DNA of 64,000 bases from Candidatus Aceula lacicola (GTDB lineage Bacteria; Omnitrophota; Gorgyraeia; Zapsychrales; Aceulaceae): positions 10,008 to 74,007 of the forward strand of contig JAVCCC010000004.1 of NCBI GenBank assembly GCA_030765785.1, written 5' to 3'. The position numbers and the translations under genes were made by a program. Under the pieces are notes generated by a model, which was given only the letters and a program-made list of their open reading frames with translations, was not told where the DNA came from and searched no databases. Of the stretch, positions 42,928-54,278 are shown piece by piece (positions within the stretch are counted from its first letter, which is position 1; the number at the start of each line of letters is the position of its first letter).

Positions 42928-43884
42928 TTATTGTTTTGACCAAATACGCGTATTAAGATTAAGATCATCAACGATTTCAATCGTCAGCTGAAGATCTTCA
43001 AAATACTCTTGGATAGGAGCAAAATCTAACATTGTTCGAAACACTCTTGGCTCAAAAAGATTTCGATTGTACCAAATTGCTATGTAAACATTTGATTTTA
43101 TAAAAGAAAGGTAAACTTCTCGCTTACTTTTCTTTTTAAAGCTCACAATTCGTTGTATAAGACTTGTCGACAGAATATACCTCGATTCGACAGGATCATC
43201 GCTGTAAACCGCAAAAAGTTTTTCAAACTCTGGATCTTCTAGTTTTACGAGAGCTGGACGCGAAACATTCATTTTTTGAAGCATTGTGCCAAAGCCACCA
43301 AACATCTTTTCGGCTCTGTCAGGAAGAACAAAAGTTTTTTTACAAAAATCTTTGTTAAAATCTGCAATAAAAAAAAGACCTTTAAAAACTGTGTGTTCAT
43401 GCCTATTTTTTCCGTGCGTAACATATTTGGCACATAGCTCAGAAAACTTTATTTTAGTCTTCCCTATTGTTCCTTGAATTAAATCATCTCCACGATATTC
43501 ATTGATAGCATGAGTAAAAATTTGGCTTGATTTAAATTCCGATTCTGAAATAAATCCACTCTTTTGATAAATCAAGCTATCATCCATAAAACCAACAAGG
43601 GGATTGATAACAACATCTTTAAAATTGCTAACATAGCCTCGCGTTAAAAAATAGTAAGCACCCGATATGGCCACAAAAGTTAAAATAGCGACATAGCCAG
43701 GAACCTTAGGATGAACATTTTGTATTTTAAGAGTAAAGAAAAACGCGATAACGCCAATCAAAAGAATGACAAAACTATACGCAGAAACAAGAACAACAAC
43801 TTCTTTTCTCTTTTCCTCTAAAACAAATATTTCTGGATGAAGTTTTTTATCATAAAAACTCCGTAACTCGGAAAGTGTTCGCAA
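42928..43884 (-). CDS. DUF3137-like membrane protein
   Basis: 2 N-terminal TM segments; FKGLF, VKLEDPEFEKLFAVYSDD and RYILS motifs; follows lemA. Confidence 0.78.
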   Translation of the reverse strand: MRTLSELRSFYDKKLHPEIFVLEEKRKEVVVLVSAYSFVILLIGVIAFFFTLKIQNVHPKVPGYVAILTFVAISGAYYFLTRGYVSNFKDVVINPLVGFMDDSLIYQKSGFISESEFKSSQIFTHAINEYRGDDLIQGTIGKTKIKFSELCAKYVTHGKNRHEHTVFKGLFFIADFNKDFCKKTFVLPDRAEKMFGGFGTMLQKMNVSRPALVKLEDPEFEKLFAVYSDDPVESRYILSTSLIQRIVSFKKKSKREVYLSFIKSNVYIAIWYNRNLFEPRVFRTMLDFAPIQEYFEDLQLTIEIVDDLNLNTRIWSKQ

Positions 43885-43903
43885 AAGAAATCCTTTTTAT
43901 AAA

Positions 43904-44461
43904 TTAATTATTAAAAGCGTCTCCAATATTAACATTCTGACGCTCTTGTTCATTAGCAACTGCAAAAACTGCCTTACGCTTATAATTCATCATAGATGCA
44001 AAAATATTAGTTGGAAACATTTCCACTGCATTGTTATAATCCGTAACTGATGCGTTAAAAGCTCGACGCGCAGCAGAAATTTGTTCCTCCACCTCGTTCA
44101 AGCTTCCCTGTAGCTGAATAAAATTTTGGCTAGCTTTTAAATCTGGATAATTTTCAACTGCAACCATGATTCCACCCAAAGTCTTAGTAATTTTATTATC
44201 AAGGCTTACCTTTTCATCTGAAGATAAATTTCCTGAAACAGCCTTAGCACGAAGCTCTGTAATTTCAGTCAATGTACCAGCTTCATGCTGCATATACTGC
44301 TTAACAGCAGCAACTAAATTTGGAATAAGATCATAGCGTTTTTTTAACATAACATCGATTGATCCAAAAGATTTCTCAACATCATTCTTTTTTCCAATCA
44401 ATCCGTTATACATCCCAAAAGCCAAGACGCCAATAACAGCAATAATAATAAAAACAAGCAT
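43904..44461 (-). CDS. lemA: LemA family protein
   Basis: KKRYDLIPNLV, ENYPDLKA, EEQISAARRAFN and FPTN motifs. Confidence 0.93.
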   Translation of the reverse strand: MLVFIIIAVIGVLAFGMYNGLIGKKNDVEKSFGSIDVMLKKRYDLIPNLVAAVKQYMQHEAGTLTEITELRAKAVSGNLSSDEKVSLDNKITKTLGGIMVAVENYPDLKASQNFIQLQGSLNEVEEQISAARRAFNASVTDYNNAVEMFPTNIFASMMNYKRKAVFAVANEQERQNVNIGDAFNN

Positions 44462-44583
44462 GAGCGTTCCTCCTTAAAAATTGTTAATAATAAAATTATT
44501 TTATCACCAAATGGATTACGAGCCAAGAGGTTTCGAAGGATTTCAAGAAACTGCAGAATAAAATTATTTAAAAATAAGCAAAT

Positions 44584-44617
44584 AAAAAAAGAGCCAACGC
44601 TTAACGCATTGGCTCTT
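44584..44617 (-). terminator. Intrinsic terminator after the cold-shock gene
   Basis: Minus strand aagagccaatgcg-ttaa-gcgttggctc followed by a U-tract. Confidence 0.75.
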
Positions 44618-44645
44618 AAAACCAGCAATATTATAAATCGCCTTT

Positions 44646-44846
44646 TTATAGTTTTACAACATTCTGGGCTTGTTCACCTTTAGGACCTTGAGTAATTTCA
44701 AACTCAACAGCTTGTCCTTCTTCTAAAGATTTATAGCCTTCTCCTTGAATCTCAGCATGATGTACAAACACATCTTTACCTTCCTCTGGCGAGATAAAAC
44801 CATAACCTTTTTGGTTACTGAACCACTTTACTGTTCCTTTTGCCAT
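44646..44846 (-). CDS. csp: Cold-shock protein
   Basis: GTVKWF, KGYGFI and DVFVH motifs. Confidence 0.95.
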   Translation of the reverse strand: MAKGTVKWFSNQKGYGFISPEEGKDVFVHHAEIQGEGYKSLEEGQAVEFEITQGPKGEQAQNVVKL

Positions 44847-45043
44847 TATTTAACCTCCTTTCGCAATCTTTGAGTATAACCCTAATTCTTAAAGCTTTAA
44901 ACTTTTTGATTAAAACTAGGGTAATAATGGCGTGAAAACTAAAAAGACCGTACAGGCAAAATCTTTGTGCCCAAACGGCTTCAAGTTTCCCTTTCCTTCA
45001 TTAACTCAATGACAATTATGCCCTATACAGGACGTTTTGTCAA
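44847..45043 (-). promoter_or_regulatory. csp promoter and long structured 5' UTR
   Basis: TTGACA-17-CATAAT (45043-45015); leader of about 160 nt with a hairpin and U-tract at 44941-44982; GGAGG RBS. Confidence 0.6.
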
Positions 45044-45075
45044 CTAAAACTTTTTAGCAGAAGATGTTAGGAATA

Positions 45076-45648
45076 TTAAACAATATTCGCAAAACCCATG
45101 AAAGCTAAGGCAAGAAGCCCAGCAACAATAAGTGAGATCGGAACACCTTTCATAGACTCAGGTATATCCAAAAGCTCTAAACGTTCGCGAATTGATGAAA
45201 AGATGACAAGTGCTAGCGTAAAGCCTATTGCGTTGGCAACGGCAAAGACAGTACTCTCAATAAGATTGTAGTCTTTTCGAATAACAAGGATGGCAACGCC
45301 AAGAATAGCGCAATTTGTTGTAATAAGCGGCAAGAAGACTCCAAGCGCCTGATAAAGCGCAGGACTTACTTTCTTTAAAATAAGTTCAACCATTTGAACT
45401 AAGGCCGCAATAACAAGGATATAGACAACAGTCTGCAAAAAGTCGATGTGAAGAGGCACTAAAATATAAGTCTGAATGAGATATGTAACAATGGTTGCAA
45501 GCGTCATGACAAACAAAACCGCTCCCCCCATTCCAATAGCTGTTGATAATTTCTTAGAGACGCCAAGAAACGGACAAATCCCCAAAAATTGGGCTAAAAC
45601 AATATTGTTAACGAGAACCGCAGAAATAATAATTAAAATATATTCCAT
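45076..45648 (-). CDS. rnfA: Rnf complex subunit A
   Basis: FLGICPFLG and LPLITTNCAILG motifs. Confidence 0.93.
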   Translation of the reverse strand: MEYILIIISAVLVNNIVLAQFLGICPFLGVSKKLSTAIGMGGAVLFVMTLATIVTYLIQTYILVPLHIDFLQTVVYILVIAALVQMVELILKKVSPALYQALGVFLPLITTNCAILGVAILVIRKDYNLIESTVFAVANAIGFTLALVIFSSIRERLELLDIPESMKGVPISLIVAGLLALAFMGFANIV

Positions 45649-46235
45649 TATTTGGTTCCTTTATTAAATCGATTAACCAAGGCAATCAGATAGCCTAAAA
45701 CCATAAATGCACCTGGCGCCATAGCAAAAACAAGCATGCCATCACTTGTAAGAAATTTAAATCCAAAAATTGATCCTGCACCCAAGGCCTCTCGGATAGC
45801 GCCTAAAATCGTAACAGCAAAAGTAAAGCCTAAGCCCATACCAAGACCGTCCAGGATAGAGCTAAAAATATCATTTTTAGAAGCAAATGCCTCAGCGCGC
45901 CCCAAAACAATACAATTAACAACAATTAAGGGAATAAAAATACCAAGCTGCGCATGAAGCACTGGAACATATGCTGCCATAACCAAATCGACAATTGTAA
46001 CAAAAGAAGCAATAACAACAATAAATGATGGAATACGAACCTTCTCTGGAATCAAATTCTTTATTAGCGAAATCACAAGATTTGACATAACCAAAACAAA
46101 AGCAGTTGCAACTCCCATGCCAAGACCGTTGATTGCAGATGTTGTTACGCCAAGCGTTGGACAAAGCCCCAAAAGTAAAACAAAAACTGGGTTTTCTTTT
46201 AAAAATCCTTTAATAAAGTTTTGCCACTGATTCAT
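45648..46235 (-). CDS. rnfE: Rnf complex subunit E
   Basis: LGLCPTL and [14 protein letters not shown] motifs. Confidence 0.93.
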   Translation of the reverse strand: MNQWQNFIKGFLKENPVFVLLLGLCPTLGVTTSAINGLGMGVATAFVLVMSNLVISLIKNLIPEKVRIPSFIVVIASFVTIVDLVMAAYVPVLHAQLGIFIPLIVVNCIVLGRAEAFASKNDIFSSILDGLGMGLGFTFAVTILGAIREALGAGSIFGFKFLTSDGMLVFAMAPGAFMVLGYLIALVNRFNKGTK

Positions 46236-46810
46236 TCTTTAATTTCCTTCAAATATACTTTATATGCGCGTTTAACTGCATCACAAAAAGCACGCGAACT
46301 GATGGTCGCTGCGGTAATTGCATCGACATCTCCCCCGTCTTGCTTAACCTTTAAAATAAAATTACTTGGATTTTTTCCGTTAAATTGATCAGAAAAATCT
46401 GATTTACTTTTCTGAATCTTATCGCCAAGCCCTGGCGTTTCGTTCGCCTTTAAAACAACTGTGTTATTAATCGTTCCATCTGGTAAAATACCAACCATTA
46501 ATCGAATGAGCCCTGAAAAACCTTTGAGCGTAAAGGTGTCAATGGCAAGACCTACAATCTTATTTTGTTTTTTAGCAAGATAAACCGTTACAGCTTCCCC
46601 GTCGATATTAATATTGCGCACATCTTCAAGCGGATTGTTATCAAAAGCAGGAACAACCTCAGCAATAGCTTTTGTCTTTTTTTCGAGCGCAACTTTTGCG
46701 ATTGGCCCTTTGGTTTGCTCATAGACAACGCCTAGCAGTGAAGATGAAATAAGCGCAATAATAAAAAGCGTTAAAACCATGTTAATAAAATTAGATTCTC
46801 TTTTAGTCAT
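46232..46810 (-). CDS. rnfG: Rnf complex subunit G
   Basis: ETPGLG motif; [13 protein letters not shown]-attachment motif. Confidence 0.92.
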   Translation of the reverse strand: MTKRESNFINMVLTLFIIALISSSLLGVVYEQTKGPIAKVALEKKTKAIAEVVPAFDNNPLEDVRNINIDGEAVTVYLAKKQNKIVGLAIDTFTLKGFSGLIRLMVGILPDGTINNTVVLKANETPGLGDKIQKSKSDFSDQFNGKNPSNFILKVKQDGGDVDAITAATISSRAFCDAVKRAYKVYLKEIKE

Positions 46811-47810
46811 TTTTGACCTTTACAAAACCGTATTTTCTTGGTTTGCAGAATTTATCAATAAGCGGAACAAAAGCATTCATAATCAAAATCGCAAAAGAAA
46901 CTCCCTCTGGATAAGCGCCAAACACGCGTATGACAACAGTAATAAGACCTATTAAGACGCCAAAGATAATCATGCCCTTTGGTGTCATTGGAGATGTGAC
47001 CATGTCCGTCGCCATAAATATCGCCCCTAAGAAAACGCCTCCGGTTAAAATTTGGAACATCGGATCCATATATTTCTCAGGATTAAAGCCCCAAAGAATG
47101 CCAGAGAAAAGTGCCACACCACCAATCATAGCAACCGGAATATGCCAACTAATCACTTTTCGATAAAGCAAATAAATTCCTCCTAAAGCAAGCGCAAGCA
47201 CAGAAACTTCTCCAATACATCCACCTAATTTTCCAAAAAATAAATCTGCATAACTTGGAAGCTTTGTTATTAATTCTGATGTTGCAATGTTGTTTTTTAA
47301 CCCCTCTTTAACAATGGATAACGGAGTTGCCGACGTGACCGCATCGACAAGCTTGAAACGTGTCAGAATGGGCACTGGCCAACTCGTCATAGCAACAGGA
47401 AATGAAACAAATAAAAATACACGCCCAACCAATGCTGGATTAAAAGGATTGTTTCCGAGCCCACCGAAAGACATTTTAGCAATTGCGATTGCAACAAAAC
47501 TACCGACAATAATCATCCACCAGGGCAAATTACTAGGAACATTAAAAGCTAATAAAAGACCTGTGACCATTGCAGATCCGTCATTAATTGTTGGCTTGAC
47601 TTTAAGCATAAACTTTTGAATAAGATATTCAAATAAAACACACGAGAAAATAGCAATTAATGTTACACGTAACGCGCCAAAACCAAACATATACATAGAA
47701 ACTATAAATGCCGGCATAAGAGCAATGAGAACATCGTACATAATGCGCGAAACAGAGTCTTTGCCGCAAGTATGTGGAGATAAAGAAACGATTAATTTTT
47801 TATTGCTCAT
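46803..47810 (-). CDS. rnfD: Rnf complex subunit D
   Basis: GGLGNNPFNPA, DAVTSATPL and FMATD motifs. Confidence 0.93.
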   Translation of the reverse strand: MSNKKLIVSLSPHTCGKDSVSRIMYDVLIALMPAFIVSMYMFGFGALRVTLIAIFSCVLFEYLIQKFMLKVKPTINDGSAMVTGLLLAFNVPSNLPWWMIIVGSFVAIAIAKMSFGGLGNNPFNPALVGRVFLFVSFPVAMTSWPVPILTRFKLVDAVTSATPLSIVKEGLKNNIATSELITKLPSYADLFFGKLGGCIGEVSVLALALGGIYLLYRKVISWHIPVAMIGGVALFSGILWGFNPEKYMDPMFQILTGGVFLGAIFMATDMVTSPMTPKGMIIFGVLIGLITVVIRVFGAYPEGVSFAILIMNAFVPLIDKFCKPRKYGFVKVKND

Positions 47811-47812
47811 TT

Positions 47813-49156
47813 CTAACTCTTCTCTCGTAATTTTTGATTAATAATTGATTTTCCAAGACGAATGTAATCCAGCAATGGTCTATCAGCTGGACATGTAAAA
47901 CCACAGGTTCCACATTCGCAACAATTTAAAATCTGTTCTTGCTGTGCTTGATCATAAAAACCTTTTTCCACTAAATTCATAAGCAAATACGGCTCTAATC
48001 CTAACGGGCAATGCCACGCACATTTTGCACAACGGATACAGTTTAAAACTTCCCCTCTCATTGATTCATTTTCTGAAATCAATAAAATACCGGACGTTCC
48101 TTTTGTCACTGGAACATCAGGCGTATTAAGCGCTTTTCCCATCATAGGTCCGCCACTAACAATTTTACCCGTTTGATCTGGAAGCCCACCAGCTGCCTTA
48201 ATCAAATTCGAAACAGGAATGCCAAGTCGAACAAGAAAATTTGATGGATTCTTAAGATTCTTTCCTGTAACCGTAACAACTCGTTCAACGAGCGGTTTGT
48301 TTTTTTGAACTGATTCATAAACAGCAAAAGCTGTTCCGACATTTTGAACAACAACGCCAACATCAATCGGAAGCCCACCAATTGGAACTTGACGATTAGT
48401 TAACGCTTCAATCAATTGTTTTTCTGCGCCCTGCGGATACTGAACTTTTAAAACCACAACAGAAATCCCACTATAATTTTTTGCCAAATTCGAAAGATGT
48501 TCAATAGCGTCAAGCTTGTTTGCTTCAATGCCAATTAAAGCTTTTGAAACGCCTAAGGCTTGCATAATAATCTGAGTGCCGATCAAGACCTCTTCACCTT
48601 TTTCTAACATTAATCGATGATCTGCTGTTAAAAAAGGCTCACACTCAACACCATTAATTAAAAGAATATCTGCGACCTTACCTTCAGGAGGCGATAGTTT
48701 AACATGAATTGGAAATGTCGCCCCACCCAGGCCAACAATACCATCTTTCTGAAGCTTAGAAATAATCTCTTCTTTTGAAAGCGTAATTTTCTTTTTAATA
48801 TCTAAACTTGTATCAATCCCCTCAAGCCAATCATCACCATCAATTTTTATCGTAATGGCCAATCGCTTATATCCACTCGCATCCATAACCTTATCGATCT
48901 TTGAAACAACGCCAGAAACACTCGCATGAATATTTGTCGACACATATCCACCACTTTCAGCAATAACTTGCCCAACCTTAACAATATCATTAGCAACAAC
49001 AATCGGCTTAGCCGGTGCACCTAAATGCTGAGAAACCGGAATCGAAACAATCTCTGGCATCTTTAAAAGTTCAATCGCCTTATCAGCAGAAATCTTATGA
49101 CCCTCAGGGTGAATCCCGCCTTTTGGAAATGTTTTTAATTCTTTATATCCACTCAT
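47813..49156 (-). CDS. rnfC: Rnf complex subunit C
   Basis: GGIHP, GLGGATFP, NGVECEP, YPQGAEK and GGPMMG motifs; two 4Fe-4S motifs. Confidence 0.93.
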   Translation of the reverse strand: MSGYKELKTFPKGGIHPEGHKISADKAIELLKMPEIVSIPVSQHLGAPAKPIVVANDIVKVGQVIAESGGYVSTNIHASVSGVVSKIDKVMDASGYKRLAITIKIDGDDWLEGIDTSLDIKKKITLSKEEIISKLQKDGIVGLGGATFPIHVKLSPPEGKVADILLINGVECEPFLTADHRLMLEKGEEVLIGTQIIMQALGVSKALIGIEANKLDAIEHLSNLAKNYSGISVVVLKVQYPQGAEKQLIEALTNRQVPIGGLPIDVGVVVQNVGTAFAVYESVQKNKPLVERVVTVTGKNLKNPSNFLVRLGIPVSNLIKAAGGLPDQTGKIVSGGPMMGKALNTPDVPVTKGTSGILLISENESMRGEVLNCIRCAKCAWHCPLGLEPYLLMNLVEKGFYDQAQQEQILNCCECGTCGFTCPADRPLLDYIRLGKSIINQKLREKS

Positions 49157-50028
49157 TAATTTGTTTCTTCCATTTTTATTTCAGCTGTTGGCTCAATCTT
49201 TGGTTTTTTAGGTGGAAAATTAATTTCATAAATAGCCTTTGTTGGGCATGCAGAAACACATTTTCGGCAAAGTTTACATTTTTTATAATCAATATATGCC
49301 AAATTTTCCCGCATTTCAATTGCTCCAAACGGACAAACCTCAACACATTTACCACAGCCAATACAAGCTGCAACACAATTTTTTCGAGCAATGCCACCTT
49401 TTTCTGTATTTGAACAACAAACAAAAATACGTCGATTTGCTTTTCCTTTCAAACGTAATTCAATAAGCAATCGTGGGCAAGCCTTAACACACGCGCCACA
49501 TGAAACACATTTTTCCTCATCAACAACAGGAAGCCCTGTTTCTTCATCTATATAAATAGCATCAAATTTACAAGATTTAACACAATCGCCTAAACCTAAG
49601 CATCCAAAAGAACACCCTGTTTCACCTGAATATAAGTTATGAACGATTTTGCACGAGGTTGTTCCATCGTAAATATTTGTACGCGGTCTATTTTTATATG
49701 ATCCGTTACATCGAACAACGGCAAGCATAGCTTCTTTTTCAACAACCTCAATGCCAAGAATTTTAGCAACATCGTTCATGCCTTTATTGCCACCCACAGG
49801 ACAAAACAAATTGTCCAAATCTGTAGCCTTAACACAAGCTTCTGCAAAACTTCGACACCCTGGATATCCACAGCCACCGCAGTTAGCAGCAGGCAGCGCT
49901 TCGTTGACCTCGTCAATACGGGGGTCTTCAATAACTTTAAATTTCTTAGCCACAAAATAAAGAATTACACCCGCGAGAATGCCGAGAGAACTAAGAGATA
50001 TAATGGTATAAAAAATTGTAAAATTCAT
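49156..50028 (-). CDS. rnfB: Rnf complex subunit B (polyferredoxin)
   Basis: ANCGGCGYPGC and multiple CxxCxxCxxxC motifs. Confidence 0.92.
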   Translation of the reverse strand: MNFTIFYTIISLSSLGILAGVILYFVAKKFKVIEDPRIDEVNEALPAANCGGCGYPGCRSFAEACVKATDLDNLFCPVGGNKGMNDVAKILGIEVVEKEAMLAVVRCNGSYKNRPRTNIYDGTTSCKIVHNLYSGETGCSFGCLGLGDCVKSCKFDAIYIDEETGLPVVDEEKCVSCGACVKACPRLLIELRLKGKANRRIFVCCSNTEKGGIARKNCVAACIGCGKCVEVCPFGAIEMRENLAYIDYKKCKLCRKCVSACPTKAIYEINFPPKKPKIEPTAEIKMEETN

Positions 50029-50492
50029 GTATTTTTCCTAAGAATTTTAAATGTAAACGATTTCGCAATTTTGCTACGAAAGATATATAATCCAAAATAA
50101 TAAAAAATTAAAATAGATACGGCAGAAATTCCAGATTTCAATTCGTTTCCTGTCAGACTAAAAAACGCCAGAAGGGCAGAAAATAAAATAACAAAAGGAA
50201 CCAGATATCCTAAGAAAAGCGCACGAAAACCAATACTTTCTTCAAAATAAACAACGACGTCATCTCCCGGAGAAAAGCTTTCTGTTGCGTCGTTGACCTC
50301 GACAATCTTATATTCTGTATCAGAAACAGGACACGCTTTTTTGCCATGACAATGAGAACACGCAGAAACATTCTCAATAACGACTTTGACGTTATTCTCT
50401 TGAGCCTCGAGGACTTTTCCTTTATGCCAAATAAGTTCGGATGATTGTAACAAGAGAACCTGACCTATTAAAACGTTTTTGTTTCTTTTCAT
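50025..50492 (-). CDS. rseC: RseC/MucC family protein
   Basis: HKGKV, SACSHCHGKKAC motif and two C-terminal TM segments; exact start uncertain. Confidence 0.82.
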   Translation of the reverse strand: MKRNKNVLIGQVLLLQSSELIWHKGKVLEAQENNVKVVIENVSACSHCHGKKACPVSDTEYKIVEVNDATESFSPGDDVVVYFEESIGFRALFLGYLVPFVILFSALLAFFSLTGNELKSGISAVSILIFYYFGLYIFRSKIAKSFTFKILRKNT

Positions 50493-50496
50493 TCGG

Positions 50497-50528
50497 CTTT
50501 ATTGTATACGCATACAATAAAGTCTCAA
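50497..50528 (-). promoter_or_regulatory. Putative operator palindrome overlapping the rseC-rnf promoter
   Basis: ctttattgtat-acgc-atacaataaag (11-bp perfect arms) covering the spacer and -10 of TTGAGA-16-TACAAT. Confidence 0.6.
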
Positions 50529-50664
50529 GATCCCACTATTAATTCCTGCCTATTTCTTTCGTATTTTTTTTCTTAGTTAAGTATGGCGAAATAACAATAA
50601 AACTGATTAAGACGAGCGTGACTAAAATCGTTATAATTGTATCGCTCACAATTTAAAACCTTTT

Positions 50665-52059
50665 TTACTTCTTTGACGAAATCATTTTCTTCGGGTTAAC
50701 AACTCGATCAAATTCTTTTTCGCTTAAAACTTTAAGCTGAATAGCTGCGCTTTTAAGCGTAATATTTTCTTTATATGCTTTTTGAGCAACCTTAGCCGCT
50801 CTATCATAACCAATAACTGGATTAAGCGCCGTCACTAACATCAGAGAATTATTTAAATTTTCTTTAATTCTTTTTAAGTTTGGCTTAATGCCTGAAAGGC
50901 ATTTTTCATTAAAACTTTTTGATGAATCAGACAAAATCTTAATTGACTGTAAAACATTAAATATAATAACTGGCTTAAAAACATTTAACTCAAAGTTTCC
51001 ACTTGCTCCTGCAATTGAAACAGTTGTATCGTTGCCTATGATTTGAGAGCAAACCATGGTCATGGCTTCACATTGCGTTGGATTAACCTTGCCTGGCATA
51101 ATCGAGCTTCCTGGCTCGTTTGCTGGCAAAACAAGCTCTCCGATTCCAGATCGCGGACCTGATGAAAGAAAGCGAATATCATTTGTAATTTTCATCAAAG
51201 AAACAGCAACACCTTTTAAAGCACTGCTCAAAGCAACCAGCGCATCGTGTGCCGCGATGGCTTCAAATTTATTTGGTGCTGATTGAAAAGAAATTTTAGT
51301 TAATTTTGAAATATTCTTTATTGCTAATTTTGAAAATTTTGGATGTGCGTTTAATCCTGTGCCGACCGCCGTAGCGCCTAACGCAAGTTCTTTTACGCCT
51401 GGCAAAGTTGCCTTAATTCGTTTAATGCCGTTTAGCAACTGCTGCGCATATCCAGAGAACTCTTGGCCTAAAGTCAAAGGTGTCGCATCCATCAAATGGG
51501 TACGTCCAATCTTAACAATCTTTGAAAATGATTTTGCTTTCCGAGCAAATTCTTTTTGAAGATTTTCAAGGGCCGGCAACAAACTTTGTGTTGTTGCAAT
51601 GACCGCAGCAATATGCATGGCAGTTGGAAAGACATCGTTTGACGATTGACATTTATTGACATCATCATTCGGATGAATTGGTTTTTTAGTTCCAATCTTT
51701 CCTTTGGCAATCTGGATCGCTCGATTTGCGATAACTTCATTTGCGTTCATATTGGTTTGCGTACCACTTCCTGTTTGCCAAACCGAGAGCGGGAATTGAT
51801 CCGCAAACTTTCCCTGGAGAATTTCATTGCACGCACGTACAATAAGCCCAGCCTTCTTTGCGGAAAGCACCTTTATCTCTTTGTTCGCCAACGCTGCAGA
51901 CTTTTTAACAATAACGAGCGACCTAATAAAATCGATAGAAAAACGCTCATCGACAATATTAAAGTTCTTTAAAGAACGCACTGTTTGAGCACCGTACAAT
52001 GCACTCAACGGAACTTTAACCGAACCCAGACTATCTTGTTCTATGCGAAATTTCGTCAT
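50665..52059 (-). CDS. fumC: Class II fumarate hydratase
   Basis: [20 protein letters not shown] and [11 protein letters not shown] motifs. Confidence 0.95.
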   Translation of the reverse strand: MTKFRIEQDSLGSVKVPLSALYGAQTVRSLKNFNIVDERFSIDFIRSLVIVKKSAALANKEIKVLSAKKAGLIVRACNEILQGKFADQFPLSVWQTGSGTQTNMNANEVIANRAIQIAKGKIGTKKPIHPNDDVNKCQSSNDVFPTAMHIAAVIATTQSLLPALENLQKEFARKAKSFSKIVKIGRTHLMDATPLTLGQEFSGYAQQLLNGIKRIKATLPGVKELALGATAVGTGLNAHPKFSKLAIKNISKLTKISFQSAPNKFEAIAAHDALVALSSALKGVAVSLMKITNDIRFLSSGPRSGIGELVLPANEPGSSIMPGKVNPTQCEAMTMVCSQIIGNDTTVSIAGASGNFELNVFKPVIIFNVLQSIKILSDSSKSFNEKCLSGIKPNLKRIKENLNNSLMLVTALNPVIGYDRAAKVAQKAYKENITLKSAAIQLKVLSEKEFDRVVNPKKMISSKK

Positions 52060-52064
52060 AATAA

Positions 52065-52817
52065 CTATTCTTTTTTATCAAGACCTTTTTTGAATGTCTC
52101 AAAAATATCTATTGGAATTGGAAATAATGTTGTTGTGTTATTTGTGTTTCCAATTTCAACTAATGTTTGCAAATATCGAAGCTGAAGCGCAATCGGATTA
52201 TCTTTCATTCGATCTGCAGCTAGACAAAGCTTTTCAGCAGCCTGAAATTCACCATCAGAAGCAATAATCTTTGCCCTTTTCTCTCTTTCAGCCTCTGCTT
52301 GACGTGCCATAATACGTTTTAAATCTTCAGAGATATCAACATCTTTAACTTCAACATTTGAAACCTTGATGCCCCAAGGATCAGTTTGTTTATCTAAAAT
52401 AGCTTGAAGTTTGCCGTTAATCATCTCCCTCTGAGAAAGAAGGTCATCGAGTTCCATTTCGCCAATAACACTACGAAGCGTGGTTTGCGCCATTTGCGAA
52501 GTCGCATATTGAAAGTTTTGAACTTCAACAATGGATTTAATCGCATCCATAACTTTAAAATAAACAACCGCATTGACTCTCACTGAAACATTGTCTTTTG
52601 TAATGATATCTTGAGATGGGACATCCAAAGCAACAAGGCGTAAACTTATAACGCGTGCTTGATCAAATGGCCAAAATACAAAAATTAAACCAGGACCTTT
52701 TGTGGTTTTCAAAACTCGTCCCAGTCTAAAAATAACAGCTCTTTCGTATTCATTAATGATCTTAATCCAGTTAAACAACAAAAACACTGCTGCACCTACA
52801 AAAATCCAATTATTCAT
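52065..52817 (-). CDS. SPFH/stomatin (slipin) family protein
   Basis: [27 protein letters not shown] and [10 protein letters not shown] motifs. Confidence 0.92.
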   Translation of the reverse strand: MNNWIFVGAAVFLLFNWIKIINEYERAVIFRLGRVLKTTKGPGLIFVFWPFDQARVISLRLVALDVPSQDIITKDNVSVRVNAVVYFKVMDAIKSIVEVQNFQYATSQMAQTTLRSVIGEMELDDLLSQREMINGKLQAILDKQTDPWGIKVSNVEVKDVDISEDLKRIMARQAEAEREKRAKIIASDGEFQAAEKLCLAADRMKDNPIALQLRYLQTLVEIGNTNNTTTLFPIPIDIFETFKKGLDKKE

Positions 52818-52833
52818 CGCACCCCCCTTTTTT

Positions 52834-54267
52834 TTAATTTGTGAGAAAATCTGTTAATAGTCGTACGCCCGAGCCTGTTGCGCCAAAACCAAAATAACCG
52901 CGAGACGAACCTTCAACAAAAGATGTCCCTGCAATATCTAAATGTGCCCACTTAGCATCACCAATAAACTGACGCAAGAATTCCGCAGCCGAACAAGTTC
53001 CAGCTGCACCTTTCGGTAACCCTGTGCTTTTTAAATCTGCATACTGCGACTTAAGATGATCTTTTAGCTCTGCATAACTTGGAAGTTGCCAAGCACGATC
53101 ATCAGTTTTTTTAGAAGAATTTAATATTTGGTTTGCTAACTTATCATCATTCGAAACAAGTCCTGTGTAATCATAGCCAAGAGCAACAACACAAGCTCCC
53201 GTTAATGTTGCTAAATCAATAACATATTCTGGCTTATAATTCTTCGAAATATATCCTAACGCATCAGCTAAAACAAGACGACCTTCAGCGTCAGTGTTTC
53301 CAATTTCAACTGTTTTTCCAGAGTAACTTTTAATAACATCACCTGGTTTATATGCGCCAGATCCAATAGCGTTTTCTGCCATTGCACAAACGAACAATAA
53401 ATTCTTTTTTAACTTTAGAGAAATTGTGTTCTTAAGTATTCCAATAACAGCCGCTGCTCCGCCCATATCTGTACGCATCGTTTCCATATATCCCGATGGC
53501 TTTAAATTAAGTCCTCCCGTATCAAAAGTAATGCCTTTTCCCACAATAGCTATATATTTTTTTGATTTCGGGTCTCCCTGGTAACGAGCAATAATTAATT
53601 TTGGCGGATATTTGCTTCCTTGATTCACTGCTAAATGCAGATTAAGACCTTTCTTTTTTAATTCTTTTTCATTTAAAATTTCCAAAGAAACATTCTTTTT
53701 ACCTTTAACTATAGATTTTATCGTCTGTTCAACAAAGACAGATGTAACCGTATCCGCATTATCGTTCACCAAGTCTCTTGCTAAATTAACCCCGTCACAC
53801 ACGTTTACAAGCTCTTGATATAATTTTTTAGGAGAAACGTCAATGTTGATTCTTTTCTTTCCTAGATTTGAAGTTTCTGAAATATATTTCTTCCATTGAT
53901 ATGATCCCAATAAAATACCTTCAACATAACCGCGCGCGCTTTCATCAGAACTATCATGAATAACGCAATGAATGCTTTTTGCTTTCTTAAAATGGACAGA
54001 AAGCATCGCTTGTCTTACAGCTATTCTTAAAATTGTTGATGTTAACTCCTTTTGTTTGCCAAGCCCAACAATCAAATAAAACCTTTTCTGTATAACAACG
54101 GGAAAAGTTTCATGCAAAGCGGCAGAAAACTTCTTTGTCTTTTGAAGTAACTTGATTTGCTTTTGAACATCTGAAGAAACTTTAATGGCTTGATTCTTTT
54201 TAAGCTGCTCTTCTGTTAAGAAAATGATTTGCTCAGATGCCGATGATATCTTTGAAAATGTAATCAC
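52834..54267 (-). CDS. pepA: Leucyl aminopeptidase (M17)
   Basis: [31 protein letters not shown] and WAHLDIAG motifs. Confidence 0.93.
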   Translation of the reverse strand: MITFSKISSASEQIIFLTEEQLKKNQAIKVSSDVQKQIKLLQKTKKFSAALHETFPVVIQKRFYLIVGLGKQKELTSTILRIAVRQAMLSVHFKKAKSIHCVIHDSSDESARGYVEGILLGSYQWKKYISETSNLGKKRINIDVSPKKLYQELVNVCDGVNLARDLVNDNADTVTSVFVEQTIKSIVKGKKNVSLEILNEKELKKKGLNLHLAVNQGSKYPPKLIIARYQGDPKSKKYIAIVGKGITFDTGGLNLKPSGYMETMRTDMGGAAAVIGILKNTISLKLKKNLLFVCAMAENAIGSGAYKPGDVIKSYSGKTVEIGNTDAEGRLVLADALGYISKNYKPEYVIDLATLTGACVVALGYDYTGLVSNDDKLANQILNSSKKTDDRAWQLPSYAELKDHLKSQYADLKSTGLPKGAAGTCSAAEFLRQFIGDAKWAHLDIAGTSFVEGSSRGYFGFGATGSGVRLLTDFLTN

Positions 54268-54278
54268 ATCAAACCTTT

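Noticed and set aside
44847-45010. Novel ncRNA in the rnfA-csp spacer
   Set aside because: It is adequately explained as the long structured 5' UTR typical of cold-shock genes.
50635-50653. lacO vector contamination
   Set aside because: It is only a partial 19-bp resemblance with no other vector sequence around it.
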